Part shown: piece by piece, positions 49,933 through 61,228 of the stretch
Numbering within the stretch: the stretch's first letter is position 1
How the letters are laid out: every line of letters starts with the position of its first letter
Assembly (NCBI GenBank): GCA_025558095.1
Contig: JAIVFI010000003.1
Span: forward strand, 744,001-808,000
Direction: 5' to 3'
Origin: Hyaloraphidium curvatum SAG 235-1
Taxonomy: Eukaryota; Fungi; Monoblepharomycota
Length of the DNA stretch: 64,000 nt
Notes under the pieces: generated by a model
What the model was told of the DNA's origin: nothing
The model's input: only the letters and a program-made list of their open reading frames with translations
Database searches by the model: none
Made by a program: the position numbers and the translations under genes

Positions 49933-50856
49933 ATGGCCTCCGCCCCGGACGACGAGGCGGAGCTCATCGCGCGGCGGCTCCTCGCCCAATTAAAGCGCCG
50001 CGACGGCACTTTCCCTTCCGGCCGGCGATGGCTCCTGCGGCGCCTGCGAATGCTCCCCTCGCTGCAGTCCGGCCCAACGTGAGCTTCCCGGCCCGTTACC
50101 CCCGCAATGTGAAGCCGACCCGCGAATTGCCCCTCTAGATGCGGAATGACGGCTATTGCCATGGTTGCCGCTGCGTTCGGCCCCCCCGCGGACGTCCCCG
50201 CGGTCCCTGCGCTGCTCGCCGCGGCGCGAGCCAGGGGTTTCTCGCGGCACGGGGAGCTCTTCTCCGCCTCCGATCTCGCGACCCTCGGCGCCCTGCACGT
50301 GGCTTGCGCGACGTTCCGCACGGCCGCGTGGGACGGCCGTGGGACGGTGCTCTCTGCGCTGGACGGGGGGGACCTGGTGCTGCTCGCGTACGACAAGGAC
50401 GGGAACAACGAGCCATGCCTGAAGGGCGGGGCAAAGGCGCACTGGTGCGTCGTGAACGGCTACGCGTTCCCGCTGCCGGAGGGGGCGGGATCGGAGGGGA
50501 CGCGGTGCGTGCTTCCGGAAAGGGCAGGACCATTCGAGGTCGTCCTCGAGGACCTGCCCCTGGACGAACGGACGCGGCCGGTTCCCCCCTCGCCCGACGA
50601 TTTGCACCTGTTGTGCTTCCACGGCAAATCGCTGCACCAGGCCGTGTGGCCGTACGCGGACCTGGAGGCCAGCAACGCCAACCTCGAGCACGTCGGCAAG
50701 GACGTGGCCCGGAGCGGGCGGTACGCGGTGCCCGAGGGCGGGCGGCTCGACGGTTTGCGCGGCACGGTCGTGTTGGCGGCCCGCGTACAATCATCCCCGG
50801 CGTGCGTCCATGGGCCGGTCGGGCCGCTTGCTGTTGAAAGGAAAGACGAGGGTTAG
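49933..50856 (+). CDS. ACTMAP: Actin maturation protease (C19orf54/UPF0692) homologue
   Basis: Q-S-G-P-T|C-G-M (family QxGPxCG catalytic Cys), GFSRHGELFS, YDKDGNNEPCLKGGAKAHW and HGKS...W....L.ASN.NL. Confidence 0.88.
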
Positions 50857-52015
50857 CCGAAAGCCCGAAACGCCGTCCCGACCGCGAACCCACTCTTGCG
50901 CCATCTCGACCCGCAGGATCAGGTTGTCGTACCCGTGCCCGTTGAGCTTCTGGATCGCCGTCTCCGCGTCCTTCTGGCTGAAGAAGCTCACGAACGCGAA
51001 CCCCCTGCACAGCCCCGTGTCCTTGTCCCGGGAGCAGAACACCCGCGCAATGTGGCCCACCCGCCGGAACAGCGCGTGCAGGTCGTCCTCGGTCGCGTCC
51101 TCGGACAGGTTGGAGACGCGGACGGTGAAGTAGTCGTCCCGCCGGTCGCGGCGGCCGCCGTCCATGCTCTCGCCGGCCGGGCCCGAGTCGCCCTCGGCGC
51201 GGTTGCGCATCGACGGGGGGACGTACTTGCTGCCGCCCATGCGGCTCGAGGAGGGTTCATTGGCGGGTTCGGGGGTGGTAGCTGCCAGGGCGCGCACCGT
51301 CAGCGGGACCGCGCCGGGGAAAACGGAAAATGAACCCACAGAGCTCGGGCCCGGGCGCCATCACGCTCTCCAGCTCGCTCAGCGGCACGTGGCTGTCCTT
51401 GAACGGGCACTTTGTCGTCCAGTGGTCGCCCTTGCAGATGCGGCACATGATCTTTGCCTTGGACAGGCTGGCCTTGAGATCCGTCTGCGCGTTCGCCTCC
51501 TCCGCGGCGTCCAGCGTGCGGCTCGACGTCGTCAGCTTCAGCCCGATCTGCTCGCCGACCTGCGTGGTGTTTGCGTGCGGGCCGGGCGCGTCCCCGCGCG
51601 CGGCGCCGAACTTGTGCCACCGCTTCCGCTCCGCGACGGCCTGGTTGGCCTTGACCTTGACCACCGTGCGCTTGATCTTGCGCGTGATCTTTTCCCGGGG
51701 CGGCCTCGTCAGATCCGGGCCGGGGGCAGGGGGCGGGGGCGGCAGCCCACCTTGACCTTCTTGCCATCGTCGTTGGTGCGGTACTCGACCACAACCGTCA
51801 CATCGGGGTCCTCTGCGGCGCGCGACGGCCGCGGCTCGTCGTCTGCGGGGCGTCAGCGCGGTGCAATGGCGGCGGGCGGGGCGGCGCTCACCTCCGTCCT
51901 CGTCGGCCCAGTTCGGCCTGCGGGCGGGCGAGAGAGGGGGGGAAAGGGGGGCGGTCAGGCGAGATGGGGGCACAAATGGCGGCATGGCGTGCCTGGTTGC
52001 CACGTCGGCGGCCAT
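50791..52015 (-). CDS. TIF35: Translation initiation factor eIF3 subunit g
   Basis: NWAD, VAERKRWHKFG, zinc knuckle CRICKGDHWTTKCP, KYVPPSMR and RRM TVRVSNLSED...GFAFVSF...LNGHGYDNLILRVE. Confidence 0.97.
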
Positions 52016-52211
52016 TTCGGTCGGGGTGGGGGGGGGGGCGAGAAGTTCGAACAGAAAAGGTCGGGCGGAGGCCCGCACGCGCTGAAGTCAATTGGTTACC
52101 ACGGGCCAGATCTTCACGCTTTGCCTTCGTCAGGCAAGTCAGGCAGGCAAAGCACTCGGAAAATGATCATTCAATCGCAGATACATGGGTATTTCAAGCC
52201 GATCAATTTGT

Positions 52212-53581
52212 TCAGGAGCCCACGACCAATGTGTCCGTCCCCACGTTCGCCGGCCCTGCGAACGGAAGGATCGCAGGGAGAGCGATGCCAACCAGGCCGC
52301 CCGGATCCAATCCACCGCCAACGTGCTCCCCATCGCCCGCATCCGCATGCCAAACCTGGTCGAGATGCTCTGGGAGCATCCGCGCCAGGTGGGCCGCGAC
52401 CGAAACGCCCGCCACGGTGAACCCGTCCTCGGGCGACGGCACGCTGGGGATCTTGGTCCTGACGGTGCCGCTCAGGTCCGCAAAGGGGCGCACCCATGGG
52501 TGCCGGAGCAGCGAGGATGCGGATATTCGCCCCTCGTTGGCGGGATCCAGAACGAGGGAGAGGAAGGAGCGCGCATCCGAGGAAACACCTTCGGGCAGCT
52601 CGAGGTCCGCATCGTAGCTCATCTCCCGGTCGTCGCCAATGTCCTCGGAACATCGTGGCAATCGGCCCGCGAGCACGGCATGCGCCAGGACGCCAAGGGA
52701 CCAGAGGTCCGGGTGGCCCAGGCTGGCCGAACAGCGTTCTCCGCGCTCCAAAAGCCGTCGCATGCGTGGAGATGCATATTCAAGACTGCCTACGGCCTCG
52801 TCGAGAACGGTGGCGGAGCCAAAGAAGGTCGCAAGGCCGAAATCCAAAAGCGTGACCTGGCCCGTCGCCGCGACCAAAACATTGTCCGGTTTAATGTCCC
52901 TATGGATGATCCCATTGGCGTGGGCGTGCCGGAGCGCCGAGAGCACCCCAGCGACGATTCTCCGGGCCTCCTCTTCTTCGAGTCGGCCATCCGGCTGCGA
53001 GATAACGTGCGAGAGGAGCTCGACCCCGGGCGCGCGGGCGAGCACCAGGTGGATTCCGTGCCTGCTACGCACGATATCGAGGAGCATGGGCACCGCGGGG
53101 TGCCGGGGGAGGTGGGCCAGGACCAGCGCTTCCCGCAGGGCAAAGAAAGCGCCAAGGCGGTCCTTGGGAGACATCGGCGTGGATTTGACGACGGCCTGCG
53201 TTCGACCGCAAAGCAAGGCGCATCGAGCATGTGCAGCGTGCCGGGAGGAGAGAGTCAGTGGCGTTCCGCGCTCGGGCCGCCGAAACGACCCACCTCTCGG
53301 CCGGACAGCGCCCCGTGGGCAAGCCGCACGTGCGCGAATGACCCCTGCCCCAGCAACACCTCGTCCACAATCCAATCGTCGTGCGTGCCGTGCAGCGTCC
53401 GCGGCAGGGGCGGCGGGCCGTGCTCGATCGTGGTGGAACCCGGCGGCGAGGCAGAGTCCGGCTCTCCCGCGGAGCCCACGGCCGCCTGGAGGACGGCGGA
53501 ACCGCCAAGCGGGCCTTCGCGGGCAAACCCCTGCAACGCCGCGTGCTTGACGGGCGCCATTGTCGGCAGCAGAAGCGGCAT
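52212..53581 (-). CDS. Atypical CAMK-group Ser/Thr kinase, paralogue 1
   Basis: LGQGSFAHV, AVVK, REA, HRDIKPDN, DFGL...LDEAVGSLEYASPR, DLWSLGV and HPW. One intron. Confidence 0.85.
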
Positions 53582-54145
53582 AGCCGGTTGTTCTGAATCG
53601 TTGGCGGTGCTGCGGCAAATGGCCGGCTCTCGCCGCCTCCGAACAGCAGGGTCCTGGGAGACGCGAATCGCCCAATCGAAGAATACGCGGCCGGAGGCAG
53701 ACAGCAAAGTGCAATCCTTGGGAACTGGCTCGACGCAACGGCTCGGATCTATCTGGCGGCCATGCCGCTTGTGCAAGAACCCGGAGCCCGGACCTTACCA
53801 GCCCGTCCAGGAAACTTCCACGGAGGATTCCAAATCCCGAGCTTCCTGCACGGCATCACTAGAGGACTACCGGATCTAATGCTACAGATTGGATGCTCTT
53901 CGTCTGGTCGTTCGCCGACGCATCGGTGAAGCATGCAGTGCTGTGGTTGCGAAAGATACAAGTGCCTGAACGACCTCAGCGCCAACATTGTTGGCGCACA
54001 GGTAACTTGCCTCCGGTTCCGGGGGTCAGGATTCCGACCTGGAAATCTTGGAAGGGCACACGACCTTCTTCGAAAAGTGGGCTTCACACGCCAGGATCCC
54101 GGTGACGACAGGGGAAGGCTCGCCGAACATTCCATCCCATGCTGG

Positions 54146-55639
54146 CTACCCGGCGGCCTCCCTGGCGACGTTCATGTCGCCTCTCCAGGATTCCCTCCCG
54201 CCTCGGAAGCCTCCGCGTTCGCCCATGCCCCTGCCGCGTCCCGATCCCCGTCCGCGGAACCCGTTCCCCCGTCCGCGTCCCCTGTCGCCGCCGCCCCTCC
54301 CCCGGCCCCTGCCGCGGAAACCGCCCGGGGGCCCCTGCTCCCCTTCCCACCGCCTCTTGGTCCCCTGCTGCACCGGCACCGCCACCGGATCCGCCCCGGG
54401 CGGGAGCACCTCGGCCGCGGTCCCTTGCACCGCCGCCAGGGCACCCGCCTCGTCCGTGCCCGCGGGCCGGTCGACGATCCACAGCGTGGGGAACTCGCAG
54501 ACGGTGCGGCCGGCGAGTGCGGTGGCGAGGGTGCCCTCGGCCGGCCAGAGACGGGTGCGGCCGGGGGGGTTGGTGGGGCAGGCGAGGTAGATGGCGCGCT
54601 CAGTGCCTTGCGGCGGGGGCGGGGCGAGCGAGCTCAAAGGGGAATGCTCAGAGACGGGCGGGTGCAGGGATGGCGCGGGAACGGAGCACGGGGGAGAGAG
54701 GTGTACCAGCTCCACGGTCCAGTGAATGATTCGTTGGTCCTGCCGCTTGGCAGGTTGGCCGGGAGGTTCGTCGGGGCCGCGCTCAACGTCCGAAGCGTTT
54801 CCGTTCACATCCTCTTCCGCAGCGCCCTCCGTTGCAGGCTCTGCATTTACGGCGCCGCCGCCCTCGTCCTCTGCGCCTGGTTGTTGTTCGGAGCCCGGTC
54901 CGTCCTCTGTCGTCGGCTCTTCGTGGCGCAGACCGTCGCCCTCTTTGGGCATGTCCACTTCTGCGGCCAGGTCCCCTGCTGCTCGCCTCTCCTCAGGCCG
55001 ATCAGCATCCTCTCCATCGGCCTCCTTGGCCTGCCCGGCCTCCAGGGCCTTTCTGCGGTCGCGCTTCTCCCGCTTCTTCTCCTTCCGCCGCTCCTTTCGC
55101 CGCTTCGCAATGTCCGCCGGCTCGCCCGCCGACACGAAGCTCGCGTTGTCCTTTGCGCGCCTCATGCCCGGGGGCATCAGCAGCAGCCCGACGCCGCGCC
55201 GGGCAGCGGCTGCCCGGAGCGCACTGGTGTCCCTGGCGTGCGCTCCCGTTTGGACCTCCGGGTCCTCCCCGCCGAGCCTGCCCAGCCGGGGCACCGCGGC
55301 CACCAGGCCCGCGTCTTTGCCGTCCCCGGCGTCCCACGCCCTGCCCAGCCGCACCGCGTTGTCGGCCACCCGCGCGCCGTCCTCGAGGAAGCCGACGTCC
55401 GACAGCATCTCGGCGTCGCCCATCCGCGCGACTTCGACCGGCGCCGTGCGGTCGCGCACGCCCGAACAGCGCCACCGCGCCTTGTGCGCCTTCGAGCACG
55501 CGAGCGAGCACAGCCGCCGGAGGCACGCCGGGCAGCGGTACGGCGGCGCCCCCGCCCGGCACAGGGCGCACGCCGGCCCGCGGCGGGGAGCGGGGACCTC
55601 GCCGGCCTCCGTGCCCGCCTCGGCCTCGCCGTCTTCCAT
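54146..55639 (-). CDS. BCD1: Box C/D snoRNP biogenesis factor Bcd1/ZNHIT6-like (zf-HIT) with an RGG-rich tail
   Basis: CALC...YRCPAC...CSLAC.KAHK...CSGVRDRT, MLSDVGFLE, LLMPPGMRR...N.S, IHWTVEL and LAGRTVCEFPT. Confidence 0.85.
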   Translation of the reverse strand: MEDGEAEAGTEAGEVPAPRRGPACALCRAGAPPYRCPACLRRLCSLACSKAHKARWRCSGVRDRTAPVEVARMGDAEMLSDVGFLEDGARVADNAVRLGRAWDAGDGKDAGLVAAVPRLGRLGGEDPEVQTGAHARDTSALRAAAARRGVGLLLMPPGMRRAKDNASFVSAGEPADIAKRRKERRKEKKREKRDRRKALEAGQAKEADGEDADRPEERRAAGDLAAEVDMPKEGDGLRHEEPTTEDGPGSEQQPGAEDEGGGAVNAEPATEGAAEEDVNGNASDVERGPDEPPGQPAKRQDQRIIHWTVELVHLSPPCSVPAPSLHPPVSEHSPLSSLAPPPPQGTERAIYLACPTNPPGRTRLWPAEGTLATALAGRTVCEFPTLWIVDRPAGTDEAGALAAVQGTAAEVLPPGADPVAVPVQQGTKRRWEGEQGPPGGFRGRGRGRGGGDRGRGRGNGFRGRGSGRGRGMGERGGFRGGRESWRGDMNVAREAAG

Positions 55640-55797
55640 TTTAAAAGAGCAGCGGACTATCGAGAGCGGGACGTCTGCGAAGTGGCAAGGGTTGTTTACT
55701 ATGATAATAAGTATGCCTCGGGCTCACTCGGCCCATGGCACGAGGCGCCGAAATCCAGATCGATCTAGTCAAGGAGTAGCTATTCCTCACACTGCAT

Positions 55798-57311
55798 TCA
55801 CAACCTGGGCTCTACAGCAGCACGCTTTTCGCCGCCGCCACCCACAAGCAAGTCCTCGAAGAGCTGCATCCAAACGCCGGCGCCAACACTCATCGCATGC
55901 TCGTTGAAATCAAAGAGGGGGCTGTGGTGGGGTTGCGAGTTGAGCTGGGACGAGTCAATTGCTGCGCCGAGGAAGGTGAAGGCTCCGCTGTACAGGGCGG
56001 TGCGAGTCAGCACATTGAAGTGGATATCGAAATGGGACTGCAACGCACGGTCGTTGGGCAAGGTAGTAAGAGAAATCTTCGGAGCCCATAATTCCGTGCT
56101 CCATAAGGAGGGTGAGCTGCGAGCCGACGACCTTGCGCGCCGCCTGGAGGAGCAGATCCGTCTCGTGCGGGTGGTTCGAGGTGATTGGATAAAAGTCCCC
56201 GATCTTGACGAGCACGTTGGCCCCGTGGGACTGGGCCACACCGTCGCAGACCGCCCGTACCCGCTTGTGCAGGATCTCGCGGGTGGCGGCGTCGTTGTAG
56301 CTCAGGTGCCCCTTGATGATGGCCGCGTCGGCCACGCTCCCGTAACCCGTCCCCGCGCTGACCTGTCCGAGGGTGATCTGCGCAGGGGCGTGCGGATCGA
56401 TGCTGCGCGCGATGATGTTGTGGAGCTGGACGATGAGGTGCCCGAGGACGAGCACGGAATCGACGGTGAGATGCGGCATGCCGGGGTGACCGCCGACGCC
56501 CTGCACGGAGATTTCGAGGGTGTCGATTCCGGCCTGCGTGGGGAAGAGAGGGAGTTGAGCGTGGCATGGCATGGTCGGGCTGGAGGAAAAGACGCACCAG
56601 GAGCGGCCCAGGCTTTGTCGCGATGGTGCCCAACGGCAGCCCGCTCATCAAGTGGATCCCGTAGAAGGCGTCAATGTCGGACAGCCCGCCGGCAGTGAGC
56701 AGGCCGTCCTTGAGCATCACCGATGCCCCGCCATCCGTCTCCTCCGCAGGCTGGAACAGGAACACTATGGTCCCCGCGAACGACGACGGCGGGTACGCGC
56801 GGACAATGGCACGGGCGGCACCGAGGAGCATGGCGACATGGCCGTCGTGTCCACATGCATGCATTATCCCGGGGTTCTGCGAGATCCAGGAGGCGTCCTT
56901 GAGACCTTCGGCGCGCTCGTCGACGGGAAGGCCGTCCATGTCGGCCCGAAACGCGATCGTCGGGCCCGGTTGCGAGCCGCGGTAGATGCCGATGAGGCCG
57001 GTGACGCCGAGACCCGAGACGACCTTCACGCCCGGCAGCTTCTCCAGCTCCTCCCGGATCCGCGCAGCCGTCTTGACCTCCTGGAACCCCATCTCGGGAT
57101 ACGAGTGGAGCGCGCGACGCGTCTGAATCATGAAAGCGACTTGCTCAGCGACCTCTGGGCGTAAACCAACGTGCTCCGGCAGGGCATCGGCGGCGGGGGC
57201 GGACGCCGTCGGGTTCACGGCGAGGGGCCCGGGGCTCGGGTGGCGGTCCAGCTCTAGCCCCGGCAGCGTGCCGCGTGGAACAGAGACGGACGCGCTGCAG
57301 CAGCACGGCAT
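55798..57311 (-). CDS. M20D-family amidohydrolase (hippurate / IAA-amino acid hydrolase-like)
   Basis: RRALHSYPEMGFQE, FRADMDGLP, MHACGHDGH, FQPAEE, GVGGHPGMPH, MGSEDFSYY and HHSPLFDFNE. Two introns. Confidence 0.92.
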
Positions 57312-57771
57312 CGTGTCGAACTGCAAGGGGTCGGTGATGTCGAACTGTGTCGTGGGCCGGGAGACCTTCTGGGAGACGCTCGTGATGTTGGCGTCGGACG
57401 CGTCGAATCTCTGGTCGCCCTTTTACGGCTCACCTGGCACCCTTCACGCTCTCGCCACGTCTACATCCACTTCCTCTCGCCGCATCCGGAGGGATACCGC
57501 CGTTTTCGGATCTGCAGGGCCTTCACAGCCGCGCATCGTGACCGGACCCGATCAGAAGCAACGAGGATGCTTCACTGCAGCATCATAGCTTCCCACATCC
57601 GTGGGGCGCGGGTCTTGTGCCCACCGAGAACCTCTTCCCGCGGAAGGCGGCTCCTGGGCGGCGCGGGACGTCTCAACGTGTGGCGAAGCAAGTCGAGGAA
57701 CTGAATGTTGAGACCGCTTGCGCATAGGCGTTCACACCCCGGAAAAGCGCGTCAGACGCAGTAGCACAGTA

Positions 57772-58638
57772 ATGCAATTGCTAGCACCCGTCCTGTTCAG
57801 CCCCGTCACTGCCGGGCTGGCTGCCTTTGCAGCGCTCGTCGCGGCCTACCTCTTGCGCCCATCACGCGGCGACCGGACCGCTGTCGCCCCGGACCACGGC
57901 GCGGAGGCGTTGAAAGCGCATTCCGCCGGCAGCACTGACGAGATGGGTGACAAGGTAAGCCCCTTGGGCGTGGCGCGCTTCACGCGCATGCTCCAGCTCC
58001 CGAAGCAGGGTGCCGGCGTCCCCATCTTCGACACGGCCGGAACCATCCACGCAGCGGTGCATCTCGCGCTGCCGCAGAGCACCCGTGCGGTGATGGCACC
58101 CACCCCCGCCGACAAGGTCTTCTCCAACTGGCTGCTGTGCCAGAAGATGATATATTCGTGCGCACCGGACGTGGATGCGTGGTCGGCAATGTCGCGGGTG
58201 TCCCGATGCACGTGGTTGGAGAACACGCCGGCCCTGAGGAAGCTTGCCACGGAAGCCTCGCCTGCCTTCCGTGCCAAGGTGGCGGTATACGAGTGCTTCG
58301 GGAACCGGGCGGCGGCGGATCACGGGCCCCTGATGCGCGTCCTCGACTCGCTCGCGGCCAGGGGCCGCCCGAGCGCAGCGGAATACAGCCTGGCGTACAC
58401 CCACATCTACGACACCTACTGCTGCTCCGCGGGCGATCCGTTGCGCCAGGCAAGGGCCGCAGACCTGCGGAACTTCCTGGACTTGGTGGCCCTCCAGCTC
58501 CAAGGCACCACGGCGCTCGGGGTGCTCTCGCGTATATCGGCGAGGTGCCTCTGCTCCCTGGCAGCAAGCGGGGACCATCTGTCCAGCGGTCTCCAGCTCC
58601 TCGAAGACCAGCGCCAGGCCGGGGCAAGGAGCCGATGA
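57772..58638 (+). CDS. Hypothetical protein with an N-terminal signal-anchor helix
   Basis: MQLLAPVLFSPVTAGLAAFAALVAAYLL followed by a long open frame. A short in-frame intron at 57955-57996 (gtaagc...ccag) is likely. Confidence 0.65.
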   Translation: MQLLAPVLFSPVTAGLAAFAALVAAYLLRPSRGDRTAVAPDHGAEALKAHSAGSTDEMGDKVSPLGVARFTRMLQLPKQGAGVPIFDTAGTIHAAVHLALPQSTRAVMAPTPADKVFSNWLLCQKMIYSCAPDVDAWSAMSRVSRCTWLENTPALRKLATEASPAFRAKVAVYECFGNRAAADHGPLMRVLDSLAARGRPSAAEYSLAYTHIYDTYCCSAGDPLRQARAADLRNFLDLVALQLQGTTALGVLSRISARCLCSLAASGDHLSSGLQLLEDQRQAGARSR

Positions 58639-58798
58639 AGTACAAATAACAGTTGCCAGAAGGAAAAGACAGGAGAGATGGCAGCGTGTGGAGGAAGATA
58701 GACATGGACAAGTGCATGCAACAGTGTGAGCAAAAGAAGCAGCTCTATGCAGATCCAAGATCTAGGGTATCACAAATCTAACGGTATCGGTACATCAT

Positions 58799-60191
58799 TC
58801 AGGCTTGGATCCCGACCTGCCACCGGTCCTTGCCGCGCAGCTTGTCGAACCAGCGCCCAACGTCCAGCTTCTTGCCCAGCGAGGATTTGGAGCCGACGGT
58901 CTTGGCCGTCGACACCGGCAGCGCGGCCTGCGGGGGCCGCGGCGCCTCGGCCGCGACCAGCGTGGCGACCGAGGCGAACGACTCCACGGCCTCGACCGGC
59001 GTCGAGGGCTCCCCGTGCTCATCCGCCTCAGACGCGGAACCGTCGTCCAGCGAGGCCAGGTACGGCGGCAGCAACCTCGCCAGCGCGGCCTCGGCGGCCT
59101 TGGCCGCGCGGCGCACGTCCGATCCGCCGCTGGGCAGCCGCGGGATCGGCTTGGGCGCCGGGTCCCTCGACCGCGGGGCCAGGCCGGCGACCCAGGGGTG
59201 CTTGAGCAGCTCCTCGGCCGTCAGCTTGCCCTCGTTCGACGGGTTGAGCACCAGCTCCAGGAAGTCGTGACCGTCCTTGGAGACGCCCTCGAGGTCGAAG
59301 GCGGGGCGGCTCCAGATCTCGCGGGCCATCTGGTCGGGCTCCTCGTGCCGGAAGGGGAAGAAGCCGCAGAGCAGGCCGTGGGCGACGACGCCGGCGGCCC
59401 AGAGGTCCGAGTGGCCCGACCGCGCCAAGTAGGGCGTGCGGTTGTTGACCAGGCGCAGCAGGGCGGGCGACGCATAGTTGATGCAGCCGACCGACTCGTC
59501 GAACAGGGTGCGCCCGTCGAAGAAGCCGGCGAGGCCAAAGTCAATCAGGCTCAGCGAGCCCGTCGCGGGGTCCCAGAAGATGTTGTCGAGCTTCACGTCC
59601 CTGTGCGCGACGCCCTGGGCGTGAATGTGTCGAAGAGCCTCGAGGAGCTGGGCGATGACGCGCCGCGCCTCGTCCTCGGACATGCGGCCGTCGGGGAGGT
59701 TGTTCACGTACGTGAAGACCTCCTCGCCCGGGGCAATGTCCATGACCAGGTGGGCGGCGGCCGGGGTGCGCACAAAGTCCAAAAGCTGCGGCACCGCCGG
59801 GTGCGGCGCAACATGCACGAGCGCGAGGGCCTCTCTCAGGGAGAAGAGGAGCGAGCGCGTGTCCTTGCCGGCAAAGACGGTGCTCTTGACCACGGCCTGT
59901 TGGAGAGGAGGATCGGTCAGGCATCTGCGCAGAAGATCGGATCGGCGCGGCGGAACCCACGATTCTGCCCGTCCGCATGCCCCTGGCGACGCGGACCTTG
60001 GCGAAGGCGCCCTCGCCGAGCACGCGGCCGGTGGCCCACGCCTCGGCAGCGCCGTAGATGACCTCGCCGTCGAACCGCTCGTCGGCCCGCGGCGGGTCGT
60101 AGCAGGCGGCGCAGGCGCGGGAGGCGGCCGGCGGCTCGTCGCAGAGAGTGCACGACGAGGCGCGGTACGTCGAGATGGCGGGGTCGGCCAT
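58799..60191 (-). CDS. Atypical CAMK-group Ser/Thr kinase, paralogue 2
   Basis: LGEGAFAKV, AVVKST, REA, HRDVKLDN, DFGLAGFFDGRTLFDESVGCINYASPA, DLWAAGV and HPW. Confidence 0.88.
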
Positions 60192-61228
60192 CGCGGGGTG
60201 AGTGAGTGGAGCGGCGGTGGCGCGGTTGGCGTTGGGACGCCCGCTCGTTTAAAGCAGGAGGGGCCGAGGGGCCGGGCACGAGCGCGGGTAAAGCGAGAGC
60301 CGCTTGTTGGCGTACTGTCCCTGGGCCGGACTCGGGTGTCTTATGTGGTGGAGCGCGGTGGCGATTGGCGGTTCTCCCGACACCGGGTGGCCGGGGATTT
60401 GCCGGGCGGGTCTTGCGCGGATGAATATTGTCCCGTCCCGCGCCCCTCCTGAGCCCGGGCCGTCCCATGCCCGCCCAATTCTTCCACCGGACTGGCTCCA
60501 ACCATTGGCAACCGGTGCGAGTAACCGTCTTCAGCTTCCTGTGCCAGCCCCTTCTTGCTACGCGCCGAGATCACAAGCTTGGCCGGAAAGACTAGATGGG
60601 GCGGAAAACAGATCGGATCGCTCGTGCGCCGGCCTCTTCACCACACTACACGGCTCATCAAGTACGGTAGAGTTCTAGATGAAATAAAGCGAATGAGGAG
60701 TGCCGGCGATCCCCATTCCACCGGTTTTAGCCTGGATCACGTGTCAGCAACAAATGACTCGTCCCCTCCGCCTCCCCGCCCACCAGCCCAACGAAGCCCC
60801 TCCCCCATTTGTGAGCCGCTACAAGAGACTGGTGCAATACACCGAACATCTTCTCAACGGGCAGTATTCTGGCTGATTGCAGGCGCCGGTAGGTGCCAGG
60901 TCCTGAAGGAGAGCAGTTCTCCGGCCCGCGCCAGATAACCACGCCGATCTTCCGCCGTCCGCTCCTGCGTCTGCGATGCTGCCAACGCCTCGGCACACAA
61001 CCAGAATCGCCGGCGACATCCGTCCCGACAGCTGTCAACGCATGTGGGGCCTCTGCTGAGGGTCGATTGGAATCGGTCGGTCTAGGGGACCATCGGCAAG
61101 GGGCGGGGCGGCAGCCAGGGCCCGTTGGCGGCGGCCGGTCAGACTCAGGGTTCACGACCGACGAGCCCGACGGCCGCCCACACATTGCGTTTCCGGGCCG
61201 GCCGCGCTCCGCAGCACCGCCGCGCGCA

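Noticed and set aside
52185-55768. 564-aa and 611-aa plus-strand ORFs
   Set aside because: Antisense to kinase paralogue 1 and Bcd1, which carry the recognisable motifs.
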